DNA of 64,000 nucleotides from NCBI RefSeq assembly GCF_964213995.1, contig NC_135811.1, forward strand, positions 101,928,001 through 101,992,000, in the 5' to 3' direction. Both the position numbers and the translations under genes were made by a program. Positions 13,736 through 25,017 of the stretch are shown piece after piece. How positions within the stretch are numbered: position 1 is the stretch's first letter; every line of letters begins with the position of its first letter. A model generated the notes under the pieces. That model saw only the letters and a program-made list of their open reading frames with translations. It did not search any database and had not been told where the DNA came from. The stretch comes from Mustelus asterias (lineage: Eukaryota).

Positions 13736-13976
13736 TTTTGATGTGGAGATGCCGGCGTTGGACTGGGGTAAACACTAAGAGTTTTAACAACAGGTTAAAG
13801 TCCAACAGGTTTATTCGGTAGCAAATGCCATTAGCTTTTGGAGCGCTGCTCCTTCGTCAGATGGAGTGGATATCCACTCCATCTGACGAAGGAGCAGTGC
13901 TCCGAAAGCTAATGGCATTTGCTACCAAATAAACCTGTTGGACTTTAACCTGGTGTTGTTAAAACTCTTACTGTGT
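13736..13976. mobile_element. Penelope-type fold-back insertion, family 1, with hammerhead motifs in both arms
   Basis: About 100-bp arms centred on GGATATCC (13868-13875); 11-bp TSD GACCTCCCCTG at 13725-13735 and 13977-13987. Confidence 0.9.
13879..13915 (+). ncRNA. Putative minimal type I hammerhead ribozyme
   Basis: CCAT-CTGACGA-A-GGAGC-agt-GCTCC-GAAA-GC-TA-ATGG: intact core, 5-bp stem II, 4-bp stem I, palindromic AGCT stem III. Confidence 0.7.
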
Positions 13977-14606
13977 GACCTCCCCTGCAGCCAATGAGAA
14001 TATAAAGATACTACTTCCTCCATGATTGATTAAATGTAGTGATGGGATAGATGGGAAGTTATGCAGATCGGAAAGGTTCTCCAGTGTCCATGCTGAGTTA
14101 AGTGATCTCGACTTGGGGTTTTTCAAGGCTGCTTCAATTTCCCTCGAGCTGGGGTGGGTGGAGAGCGGTGGGTGGTTCCTGCACTTGATCACTATCCAGT
14201 GATTTGTGTGAAAAGTATATGTATGCAGAAATCAAGTGATTTGGCTTGGGTGTGAGCTTCCTATGTACAAATAGCTTCCTGACACTTGCTGTCTTGGTAT
14301 ATGTTGAAGGAGGACCATTTGGATGATGCACTCTTTTCGGAAAGGAGTGCAGAAATGAGCTGCAGTGGATTATTTAAACAATGGCTGAGTAACCAGATCA
14401 CAGATGGTATAGGGTTCATTTGGATGATGCCTTGAGCAGTAATGCGCCAAGTAGTTTTTGTTTATCTGAAACATGAGATTTGTTTGTTTTTAAACCATGG
14501 TGGGTTGTTTTCTGCACAATGGTTGAGGAATCCTATGTGCATTTAATAATCATCTTGAATTTACCTGTGGGTTTACAGGTGTGTGCTGCTTAAAGTCGTG
14601 CACACC

Positions 14607-14831
14607 ATGTCTAATAAAGATAATAAAACATGTCCTTATCAACAATAATTGAAATTGAAAGAAGAATGAAGTTACCTAAACTTCAAAACAATTTCAAAAC
14701 GCATTTTATTTCCATTTGTACAAGCTGAGTTTTGAAATTGTTTTGAAGTTTAGGTAACTTCATTCTTCTTTCAATTTCATTATTGTTGATAAGGACATGT
14801 TTTATTATCTTTAATTCGCTTTATTAGACAT
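14607..14831. repeat. Long AT-rich inverted repeat (hairpin)
   Basis: Arms 14607-14700 and 14729-14831, near-perfect apart from small indels; 28-nt loop. Confidence 0.9.
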
Positions 14832-15039
14832 TTGCACAAACTATTTTCAGGCTTGGAGTAATCAGGTTGGTGAAGGTACTTAATTTACCTTCCCTGTGTA
14901 TGAGGGCACATATTGGGAGTCTTTCTGTTCAGTATTATGTTTGTTTGCATTGTGGGACCGACAGACACAGATTATAAATACTTGGTTATATTCCGCATCT
15001 GCCGGTAATGACACTCTGAAAAAATCATTCGGAGCTAAC

Positions 15040-15330
15040 ATAGAAAAATACAAATTAGAAGCAGGAGTAAGTCACTCGGCCCTTGAGTCTGCTCCATCAT
15101 TTGATAAGTTCATGGCTGATCTGATTGTAACCGTAACCCCACATTCCGTCCTACCCTGCCCCGCACACCGCCAATAAACTTTCAACCCTTGTTACTCAAG
15201 AATCTGCCTCAAGAATATTCAAAGGCTCTGCTTTCACTGCCTCTTGAAGTGTTCCAAAGAAACTACCCTCTGAGAAAAGATTTTTCCTCATTGCTGTCTG
15301 AACTGCGTGATCCTTTATTTTTAAGTAGTG
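15040..15330 (-). mobile_element. Degenerate CR1 3' end
   Basis: AGAAGCAGGAGTAAGTCACTCGGCCCTTGAGTCTGCTCC resembles the CR1 tail at 10935. Confidence 0.7.
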
Positions 15331-15849
15331 AACTGTTTGTCGTTTAACCTTTTTACCACCTACTGGTTCCATTTTTTAAAAAAAACATTGTGGCTTTGTA
15401 CAGTACTCTGTGAACAGTGACCTAAACAAGTCTGGCAGCGTTGCTTGAGTAAAGGTTTCCCTCCCAGGGCACAAACATAAAGCCTTGTTTCTCAGGAATC
15501 TCCCTTTGTAAACAAAACATTGATTGTCAGTCCAGATGATCTGCTGAGGTTGACCATGGTTATACAGCACCTGCCTATGTTAGTGCTTACGTGTTCGTGG
15601 AATAATTGTTGCTGCAATGCTCATTGGAATTGTCCAAGTTTTTTGTCTTTGCAAGCTGCTTTGATGTTTTCCATGGATAACTTTGGGGCAGAGGGAGGCA
15701 GAATAGGTTGAAATCCGCATTCTTAATGATTTTATAATTTGTTAATACGACAACAGCAACAAAACAATGTGGAACCATAGAATCCCACAATGCAGAAGGA
15801 GGCCATTTTGGATGAGTTCATCCAAAGCCCTGTGGTCTGTATCCCAGCA

Positions 15850-16170
15850 TCCACCAAGTCCCATTCACACATTTTCCCCCATGTTTGATGACCTCTGCAC
15901 CAAAGAATCAAACTTTAAATTCTCATCCTTTTGATTAAATCCCTCCTTACCGTTCCACTTCCTATCTGTGTAATCCCCTATAGTCTTGCTGTAAAACTCC
16001 GAAAACTCTTCCTCCAATTCTGGTCTCTTGTGCATTCCTTGCATACTTCACCCCACCATTGGCAGCTGCGCCCTCAGCCATCTAGGCCCAAAGCTCTGGC
16101 ATTCTATCTCTTAAGTTCGCACGCTCTTGCACACACTTCTGTTAAAACAGAGGAGACTTGGCCTTATTAA
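15850..16170 (+). mobile_element. L2 LINE 3' fragment
   Basis: SHSHI-P...L-DL and FKFLIL-like remnants; degenerate. Confidence 0.5.
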
Positions 16171-16784
16171 TTTTATCTAATTCCTGTGGAGGGTCTTGAC
16201 AATGTTTCCTATTTAATGGTGCTCTTTAAGTGCAAGCTGTTGTTGAGAGTGTGTTTCAGACCGATGACTGTTTGTCAGAACCTAGAGCATGTTGAACTGT
16301 TGGCTGGTGAAGTAAATACAATATTAGTTTGAGAGCTAAGTTTTATTGCTAGCCTTGTCATTTTGTCTGATGTTGACTGTCAGTGAGTAGCCAGTTAAAC
16401 TGCGTGCAGATTCTGCTTGAAATAGAAGCCTTTTAATTGTGCTGTTTAAAAGGGGCCTCCAACCTTTTGTAGAGGTAAGGTCAAACAAACTTGACAATAG
16501 CAGCAATGATATTTGAGAGTGATTCTTCTGGGCTAGAATTAGAGTGCATTGATTTATTTTACTTCTGAATAATCCCCCTTGCTTGTTTAATGTATAAAAA
16601 GGAAATACAAATCATTAATCTAACATTATGATGATTGACATTGCAGTGCCATTTGCAGGACCAGAAAGACAAGTCTTTTCTATTCACTATCCATCAACTG
16701 GCACCCTTTTCTTTTCTTGGGGGCTAGCCTATGGCAGGTGTACATTTCTCCCCCTCTCAGCTACATCCTAAACTTGACATTCAA

Positions 16785-17066
16785 GGGTAGCACCATGGTT
16801 AGCACTGTTGCCTCTGTCAGGGATCCGGGTTCAATTTTGGCCTTGGGTGACTGTCTGTCTGTCTGTCTGTGTGGAGTTTGCATTTTCTCCGTGTTTCCCT
16901 CGGGTGCTCTGCTTTCCTCCCACAGGTTAGGTGGATTGGCCCTTAATGTTAGGGCGATTAGCCAGGGTAAATATGCGTGTTTACGGGGATAGGGCCTGGG
17001 TGGGATTGTTGTCGGTGCAGGATTGATGGGCCGAATGGCCGCCTCCTGCACTGTAGGGATTCTATG
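16785..17066 (+). mobile_element. HE1-like V-SINE, tail A
   Basis: Head, core and GATGGGCCGAATGGCC tail. Confidence 0.9.
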
Positions 17067-17932
17067 GAAACGCAACATCAATGACCCTCCAAAATGGGGA
17101 GCCCTATGGCCTGTGCATTGGCTGGGGATTGGCCTATCAATCCGATGTGGAATTTAGCTTTTGTTTTTCTAACATGTATGTGGCTCATAGTCTCTAAATG
17201 CTCAGTGCAGTACATGATTGTGTAATTCTCCACAGTCTGTCTGATATGCTGTAAAAAGAGGAGGATGTGTTTGTGAGGTGAAAATAGTTCCAATAGATAA
17301 TCTGAAATTTACCCCATCTTCAAAGTAGGAGTTACACTTGTGTGTATTTTTAGATACTGCGTGTATATGCTTTTACAATATTCTGATTTAGAACAAAAGG
17401 AGATTGCAGGGTGATTTGATCTGGTGGTAAAAGGAAAGGGGAATAAAGAATGTTGGGACAGCCAGCAAATAGGATTAGGAATGCTGCTTCTGTGGGGAAT
17501 AAACGGTAATTGGGACTGGTTGGTAGAAGGGCCAGTTTCTTTGTTGTAATTTCTCCGTGACTGTACAGGGACCATTCTGCAGTGATTGACCTGCTCTCTC
17601 AGCAGAGTCAGACCAGCGGTGCAAACAGTTACTGGTGATGGCAACATCTGTCTTTTTCTCTGGCAACTATGATCCTGAGTACTTATTATCTGATCTCTAG
17701 AAAGCCCACAACCTGAAATGACTTTCTTTCGACTATGTTCATGTAAGTGGGAACAGATACTTCACCACTGGAAATCTCTCATGCAATCACCCTCAATAGA
17801 AGGATTCTGTTAGAAAGTTAGGAATATAAATTGCTGTTAACTGTGTGCCATGCATATTTTTTATTGTTGGTGTATTAATGACTGTTCCTACCCTTGGCTA
17901 TGTTCAGACAAGTTTTTTTTCTTTTCCTACAG

Positions 17933-17987
17933 AATATTCTCCTTTCTGGATGTGGTCACCTTGTGTCGCTGTGCTCAGGTTTCCAGG
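17933..17987 (+). CDS. FBXL20: FBXL20 coding exon (F-box): (R)IFSFLDVVTLCRCAQVSR
   Basis: Polypyrimidine tract + AG at 17931-32, GTAAGG donor at 17988; 55 nt, phase 2 to 0; DVVT/QVSR residues fit FBXL20 rather than FBXL2 (recalled sequences). Confidence 0.95.
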
Positions 17988-18477
17988 GTAAGGTTTCTCC
18001 AAATACTTTCTTCACTTTTTTTTCTTAAGTACTAATCTAGATTGCCACAATTGTTCAACTAACCAAAGAAGTGAAAACGCAGGCCAATAACGATTTAGGT
18101 TGTTATCCCTGGTCTAGTGTTAAATCAGCTCACATCAGACAGGGCAGTGATACAGGTGCCTCCACATTAGAAACGAGAAAGTTGACAAGGTTCCTGCTCC
18201 TGGTCAGGATACTTGGGTGGTGCATGCTGGCAAGGGATTGATGCTTTCTGGAGGGGAGAGGAAACATTAGCATGGAAAAAATAGGGGCAAAAAAAACTGA
18301 GCCAGATTCACTTGCTATAAAATAACTCAAACTATATTAATCAAGAATTAACCTGATCAGTACGATGATGCTTTTACAATGAATCATCTGCTTTGGTTTC
18401 TTTACAAAATGTTCGTTCTTGCGTCAAGTCGCCATTGTCCCAGATGGCCATAGACATGACTGGTGGAGATTTAACCT

Positions 18478-19180
18478 GAGAAAGTTGGTATGCAGGTGCA
18501 GCATGCAATAAAAAAAAGCAAATGGGATGTTGGCATTTATTTCAAAGGGACTGGAGTGTAAAAGTAGAGAAGCGTTGTTGCAATTGTATAGGGTGTTGGT
18601 GAGACCACATCCGGAGTATTGTGTCCCGTTTTGGTCTCAGTTGAGGAAGGATTGCACGGCCAATTTGGGCATTGGAAGCAGTTCAGAGGAGGTTCACCAG
18701 ATTGATTCCGGGGATGAAAGGGTTGATGTGTGAGAGATGAACAGTTTGGGTTCATACTCGCTGGAGTTGAGAAGGATGAGAGGGGATCTGATCGAAGTAT
18801 ATAAAATTTTAAGAAATTGTTAAAGTAAATGTGGACCGTATGTTTCCCCTTGTGGGGCAATCTAGAACAAGAGGTCACAGGTATAGGCTGAGAGGTGGTA
18901 GATTTAAAACTGAAATGAGGAGGAACTACTTCTCGCAGAGGGTGGTGAATTTGTGGAACTCACTGCCCCATAGCACGGTGGAGTCTGAATCGTCGAATGG
19001 TTTCAAGAAGGAGATGGGTATATTCCTAATTTTAAAAAAAGCGATAAAGGGATATGGGGAATAGGTGGGGAGGTGGATATGAGACTGGGGAGAGATCAGC
19101 CATGATCTGATTGAATGGCAGAACAGGCTCGAAGGGCTGAATTTGCCTACTTCTGCTCCTAATTCCTATGTTACTATGAT
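18478..19180 (+). mobile_element. CR1 3' portion
   Basis: LYRVLVRPHPEYC, FSQRVVNLWNSLP; ends in CCTATGTTACTATG. Confidence 0.92.
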
Positions 19181-19289
19181 CATGACACCTTAGGCAGAAT
19201 GGGAATTGAATCCATGTTGTTGGTGTTGCTTTGCATCGCTAACTAGCTGTCTGGCTAACTGAGCTAAACTGAGCCCTCTTGCATATACA

Positions 19290-19556
19290 TGCCGGCACAG
19301 TGGTTAGCAATGCTGCCTCACAGCGCCAGGGACCTGGGTTCAATTCCGGCCTTGGGTCACTGTGTGGAGTTTGCACATTCTCCCCGTGTCTGCGTGGGTT
19401 TCCTCCGGGTTAGGTTGATTAGCCATGCAAAATTGCCCCTTTGTGTCGGGGATTTTCAGGGTAAACACTTGGTTACGAGGATAGGGCCTGGGTGGGATTG
19501 TTGTCAGTGCAGCCTCGATGGGCTAAATGGCGGCATCCTGCACTGTAGGGATTCTG
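19290..19556 (+). mobile_element. HE1-like V-SINE, tail A
   Basis: Head and tail present, with an internal deletion. Confidence 0.88.
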
Positions 19557-19559
19557 AGA

Positions 19560-19975
19560 TGCATGCAGTGAATGGGTGTGGGACGTTTGACCTTTTGAAC
19601 TTGCTCCACATTCAAAAGATTGTGGCTAACCTGATCTTGGCCTCAACTCCAAGTTCCTGCCTGACTCCATATCACCCTTGACTCCCTTGTAAATTTAAAA
19701 ATCTGTCTGACTTGACTTTTGAATATATTCAATGACCCAGCCTCCCCTCTTCTCTCGGTCACTCCATGACCCTCGGAGAAGAAATTCCTCCTTGTTGCCA
19801 TCTCAAATGGGAGACCCCTTATTCTGAACTGTGTCCCCATGAGGACAAACATCCTTTTAGCGTCTACCCTTTCAAGCCCCTTCAGAGTAGTGTGTTTCAA
19901 GAAGATCACTTGTTCTTCTAAACACCAATGAGTATAGGCCTAAGCTGCTCGAGCTTTCCTCCAAAGACATTCTTA
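19560..19975 (-). mobile_element. Degenerate CR1 3' end
   Basis: LKGLERVD...RRNFFSE peptide. Confidence 0.75.
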
Positions 19976-20952
19976 GTCTCCCCCCTTGTTGAAACCATGT
20001 TGCACAGTTTAATGGATTTCAAGCACTCTCGGAGCCTGACCGTTATTTGTATGTGATCTCAGTTTTATGCTCAATTGCATTTATCTACATTCCTAGCAAG
20101 GGCTACTGAAAGATGGTTGTGAGATGGAACTTTGGCTAATCCGGTCCAGGCGTACTGAACCTAATTCTTGTGCTCTTCTCTCCACCTCAGCCGAGGTTAG
20201 CTCATGCAGCACAGAGCAAGGATTACATTTGACACTATTCGGACTCTAATTGTTTTATCTACACAGACAGTATGCCCTGTGCCAATGGGGAATCCCCATA
20301 ATGGGTAATAACAATGGTGCTGTAAAGTATGATCCAGTCAGGGACCTATTGTAGAAGGTGTGTTTCTGCATTGATGAGATAGCCATGGCCTTGCTTGAGA
20401 AAGGGTGACAGCTTCAGCCAAATAAGAAAAATCATGGAATATTAGTGCTAGGTTATTAACTATGTTTAAACCTTTCTGGTGAATGCAACTGGTGTCAAAA
20501 CCATGCAGTACTGGATGAATCTTCAGCACATTTAACCTTATTCTGTTTGTCATTCAGAAGGCCATGACATTTTAACTATCATGGGCATTTTAACACTTGA
20601 TGGAATATTTAACACATTGTGAAGGATTCAGATTTTTAAAATATGGTGATTTTGGGACTCCAGTTCTGTCAACCTATTGTCCAAGCTCAGCTCATCTTTG
20701 GAGAAAGTGATGGAGAGAAGGCATGATCTAGTTCATCAAGATACTCTGAAATTTCATTTTTACCTAGATGTCTCATCATTTTACACTGAGATCTCAAGAC
20801 CAGATTTTCGAGTACTGGCAAGAATTCCTTTCTCCTTCCAGCTCCCAAACTAAGGCTGCACTTGTTAGAACTTGTCAAAAGAAGCTAGTGCCAAACTCCT
20901 TTTTAAAGATCAATATGGAGTCCAAAGTAGATATAGGCACACAAATATAGTT

Positions 20953-22290
20953 AGAAACAAAGAAAAGTACAGCACTGGAACAGGCCCTTTGGCCCTCCAG
21001 CCTGTGCCAATCATGATGCCCTAACTAAACTAAAAAAACATTAGCTATTCTCCAGTCCTCTGGAACCTCGCCTGTGGTCAAAGAGGATATGAAGATATCT
21101 GTTAAGGCCCCAGCGATTTCTTCCTTTGCCGTCCGCGGGACTTGTCTACTTGAATGCAATTTAAGATGCTCAGCACTTCTCCTTAGAAATATTGGCATTC
21201 TCTAGAGCGTTCACGCACCTATCCCTAACCTCAACATTCTCCTTGGTGAATACTGATACAAAGTACTCATTAAGGATCTCACCCACTTCCTGTGGCTCCA
21301 CACACAACTTCCTCCATTGTCCTTGAGTAAGCCTACTCTTTCTCTTGCTCCTAATATATGCATAAAAAGCCCTGGGATTCTCCCTGACCCTGTTTGCTAA
21401 AGACATTTCGTCGCCCCTTTTAGCCCTCCTAATTCCACGTTCAAGTTCCTTCCTACTTTCACTATACCCCTCCAGAGCTTTGTCAGCTTTTAGATGCCTA
21501 GACCTATCATATACTTTTTTCTTTTGACTAAGCTTACAATTTCCCTTGTCATCCATGGTTCCCGAATCCTGCCATTTCTTTCCTTCATTTTTACAGGGAC
21601 ATGCCTGTAAACGAACTGGCCTTTAAAAGCTTCCCACACGGCTGATGTGGATTTGCCGTCAGATAGCTGCTCCCAATCCACATTCCCCAGTTCCTGTCTA
21701 ATTTGGATGTAATTGGTCCTCGCCCAATTAAGAACCCTCACCCGGGTACCACTCTTGTCCTTATCCGTGACTACCCGAAATCCTGTGGCATTATGGTCAC
21801 TAAACCCAAAATGCTGGCCCACTGAAACATCGATCACCTGGCCTGGCTCATTCCCAACACCAAGTCTAGAATGGTCCAATATATAAAAGCAAAAAGCTCT
21901 GACGAAGGGTCATCTAGATTTAAAATGTTGGCTCTCTTCTCTCCCCACAGATGATGTCAGACCTACTGAGATTTTCTGGCATTTTCTGTTCTAGTATGGC
22001 CCCTCCCTGGTTGGATTGTCAACATACTGCATCAAAAAGCCCTCCTGGACACATCTAACAAATTGCTTCCCATCCGAGGCCCTGGCTAAGGGAGTCCCAG
22101 TCAATATGGGGGAAAGTTAAAGTCACCCAGCACAATGATCCTGCCTTTTTCACACCTTTTCAGTGTCTGGCTACACAACTGCTCCTCTGTCTCCTGCGGG
22201 CTGTTGGAAGGTCTATACTACACTCCCAACATTGTAATTTCGCTCTCCCTATTCCTGAGCTCCACCCAGAACCTTGTGCATCTGATCCTA
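20953..22290 (-). mobile_element. Internally deleted CR1 (3' tail joined to endonuclease/linker region)
   Basis: GFSDHN endonuclease end and ENPRAFYAY linker; tail at 20953-21040; RT core missing. Confidence 0.85.
21878..21989 (+). mobile_element. PLE-type fragment, family 2, with hammerhead-like core
   Basis: AGCT-CTGACGA-AGGGTC at 21895-21911; imperfect 13-bp TSD at 21865-77 and 21990-22002. Confidence 0.7.
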
Positions 22291-22382
22291 TTAAACCATG
22301 AAAAGACAGGCTGGTCAATGTTAAAATAATGTAAATTGTAATGTTCAGTTGATGCACTGAAATTTTGGGTGACAGTAATCTT

Positions 22383-22673
22383 TCATAGAATCGTAGAAAC
22401 CCTACAGTGCAGAAGGAGGCCATCGAATCTGCACCAACAACAATCCCACCCAGACCCCATCCCCGTATATTTACCCCACTAATCCCGCTAACCTACGCAT
22501 CCTGGGACAGTAAGAGGCAATTTAGCATAGCCAGTCAACCTAACCTGCACATCTTTGGACTGTGGGAGGAAACAGGAGGGAGACACGGGGAGAACGACAA
22601 TCCGTGACCCCAGCCGGGAATCGAACCTCATCCCTAGAGCTGAAAGACAGCAGTGCTAACCACAGTGCTGCCC
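22383..22673 (-). mobile_element. HE1-like V-SINE, tail A
   Basis: Reverse complement of head, core and tail. Confidence 0.9.
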
Positions 22674-23139
22674 ATCTTGGGTAACAGCAATTTTAATTTG
22701 TAGTTTGGGGATCAACCGCTGGTGCTTTGCATGCCTGAGGAGACTAATTAAATTGAAAGGAGTCTCTGATGACATTATATACTTCGTACATTGGCAAATT
22801 TGCTGGATATGGGTTTAATGAGAAATGTAGCCTTTTCTCTCAATGTTTTTCTATTAATTTGTGAGTGTCTGGGTGTAAAACGGGAAAGGAATCTAAATTA
22901 CATTCAATAGATAGTGGAATAAGGGTAAGGTCATTCCGCTCACGTCTACCCTAACTTTCCCAAATCACTTTCCAAATGTGTTTTAAGCAATGCTAATGGG
23001 GGTTTTTCTATCCTGTTTTTTGGATGAATTTCAAACATTTGTCACTGTTTGAGTTAACTCGTTTGAAGTTGCTGATCAAAGTTTTATATTCTCTGATGCT
23101 ACTTTTCTGTCTTGCATTGAAGTCCATGGGATTAAAGGA

Positions 23140-23445
23140 ACCAAGAACAATGCAGCACAGGAACCCTTCGACCCACCAAGTGTGCACCGATACGTAGTTT
23201 CTATCCCTCTGTTTGCCTCCCATTTATGTGTCTATCAAGATGCACCTTGAACGTTGCTAATGTGCCTGCTTCCACTACCTCCACTGGCAGTGTGTTCTGG
23301 GCACCCACCAGCCTCTGTGAAAAACTTTCCACCCACATCTCCCTTAAACTTGCCATCCCTCAACTTAAACCTGTGCTCCCTTGTGGTCGATCCTTCCACC
23401 CTGGGAAAAAGCCTCTGACCATCCACCTATCTATCCCCCTCACGA
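23140..23445 (-). mobile_element. CR1 3' end
   Basis: RLFPRVEGSTTREHRFK peptide. Confidence 0.85.
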
Positions 23446-23545
23446 AAAGGAGAGTGGCTGTATGGTAATGAAATAATCTGTTAACAAGCGGAGACTATTG
23501 GGGAATAGTTGTTTCTCAGACTGAAGGGATACTTAAGTGGTGTCT

Positions 23546-23600
23546 ACACAGTAAGAAGTCTCACAACATCAGGTTCCAAGTCCAACAGGTTTGAACACCA
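23546..23600. mobile_element. 55-bp family-1 PLE fragment
   Basis: Matches the arms of 8818-8981; 12-bp TSD TAAGTGGTGTCT at 23534-45 and 23601-12. Confidence 0.8.
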
Positions 23601-23895
23601 TAAGTGGTGTCTCCCAGGATCACTGCTCTTTAAATGACCTGGACTTTTGTTATAGAGGGATCATTTTGGTGTTTGCACTTGAAACAAAACTTATTGCATC
23701 AATGAGGAGGATAGACTTCAGGATGACGTAAGCAGATACAAGACACCCAACAGATGAAATTTAATATGTCCAATTCTGGACATCACACTTGAGGAAAGAT
23801 GTCAAGGCGCACAGGAGATTACCAAAATGGCATCATGGATGAAGTGCATCATTTATGTGGAAAGGCAAGAGAAGATGGGATTGTTCCCAAGGTTA

Positions 23896-24628
23896 AACAT
23901 AAAACATAAACATAGAACAGTACAGCACAGTACAGGCCCTTCGGCCCTCGATGTTGTGCTGAGCTTTGTCCGAAATCAAGATCAAGCTATCCCACTCCCT
24001 ATCATCCTGGTGTGCTCCATGTGCCTATCCAATAACCGCTTGAAAGTTCCTAAAGTGTCCGACTCCACTATCACAGCAGGCAGTCTATTCCACACCCCAA
24101 CCACTCTCTGAGTAAAGAACCTTCCTCGGACACCCTTCCTGTATCTCCCACCATGAACCTTATAGTTATGCCCCCTAGTAACAGCTACATCCACCCGAGG
24201 AAATAGTCTCTGAACGTCCACTCTATCTATCCCCCTCATCATCTTAAAAACCTCTATTAAGTCGCCTCTCATCCTCCTCCGCTCTAAAGAGAAAAGCCCT
24301 AGCTCCCTCAACCTTTCCTCATAAGACCTACCCTCCAAACCAGGCAGCATCCTGGTAAATCCCCTTTGCACTCTTTCCAATGCTTCCACATCCTTCTTAT
24401 AGTGAGGTGACCAGAACTGCACACACTATTCCAAATGTGGTCTCACCAACTGTACAGTTGTAGCATAACCCCACGGGGCTCTTAAACTCAAACCCCCTGT
24501 TAATAAACGCTAACACATTATAGGCCTTCTTCACGGCTCTATCCACTTGAGTGGCAACCTTCAGAGATCTGTGGATATGAACCCCAAGATCTCTCTGTTC
24601 CTCCACATTCCTCAGAACCCTGCCGTTA
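23896..24628 (-). mobile_element. Young CR1 3' portion
   Basis: ORF 23982-24422; close to 25018-25750 in sequence. Confidence 0.95.
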
Positions 24629-25017
24629 AGGGATGTTTAATAAAGGTATTTAAATTATGAAGGGCTGTTATAGAGCAAATTTAAAAAAACAGATTAACGG
24701 CCAGATTAACCAGAGGAGACTGGAACTAACTGGCAAAAGGACCAAAGGGGAGATGAGGAGGATTTTTAAATGCAGCATGTTGTCATGATCTGGAATGCAC
24801 TGTCTGGAAGGGTGATGGAAGCAGCTTCATTAGTAACTTTCAAAAAACTTGAACAGGGCGAGTTTGCAGTGCTATGGGAAAATACTGGGAGAATGCGACC
24901 AATTGGATAGCTCTTTCAGGAGGCTAACACAGGTACAAAGGCTTCCAGTGCTGTATGATAAATAATATTCTAGGCTCCCCATAACTCACCGAACATAACA
25001 TGGGTGGCACAGTGGTT

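Larger units (their letters stand above)
12253..14010 (-). mobile_element. 5'-truncated CR1 LINE (RT), interrupted by a fold-back element
   Basis: ORFs 13341-13805, 13071-13313, 12402-12836: NYRPVS, KAFNKVPH, GVPQESVLG, KFADD, VRPHWEY. Confidence 0.95.
23446..24960 (+). mobile_element. Old degenerate CR1 hosting younger insertions
   Basis: CR1-like remnants at 23446-23895 resume at 24629-24960 after the nested element. Confidence 0.6.

Noticed and set aside
1-17932. Upstream FBXL20 exon (..NKKLPKELLL) or promoter/CpG island
   Set aside because: No matching exon or CpG island seen by eye; probably upstream of the window.
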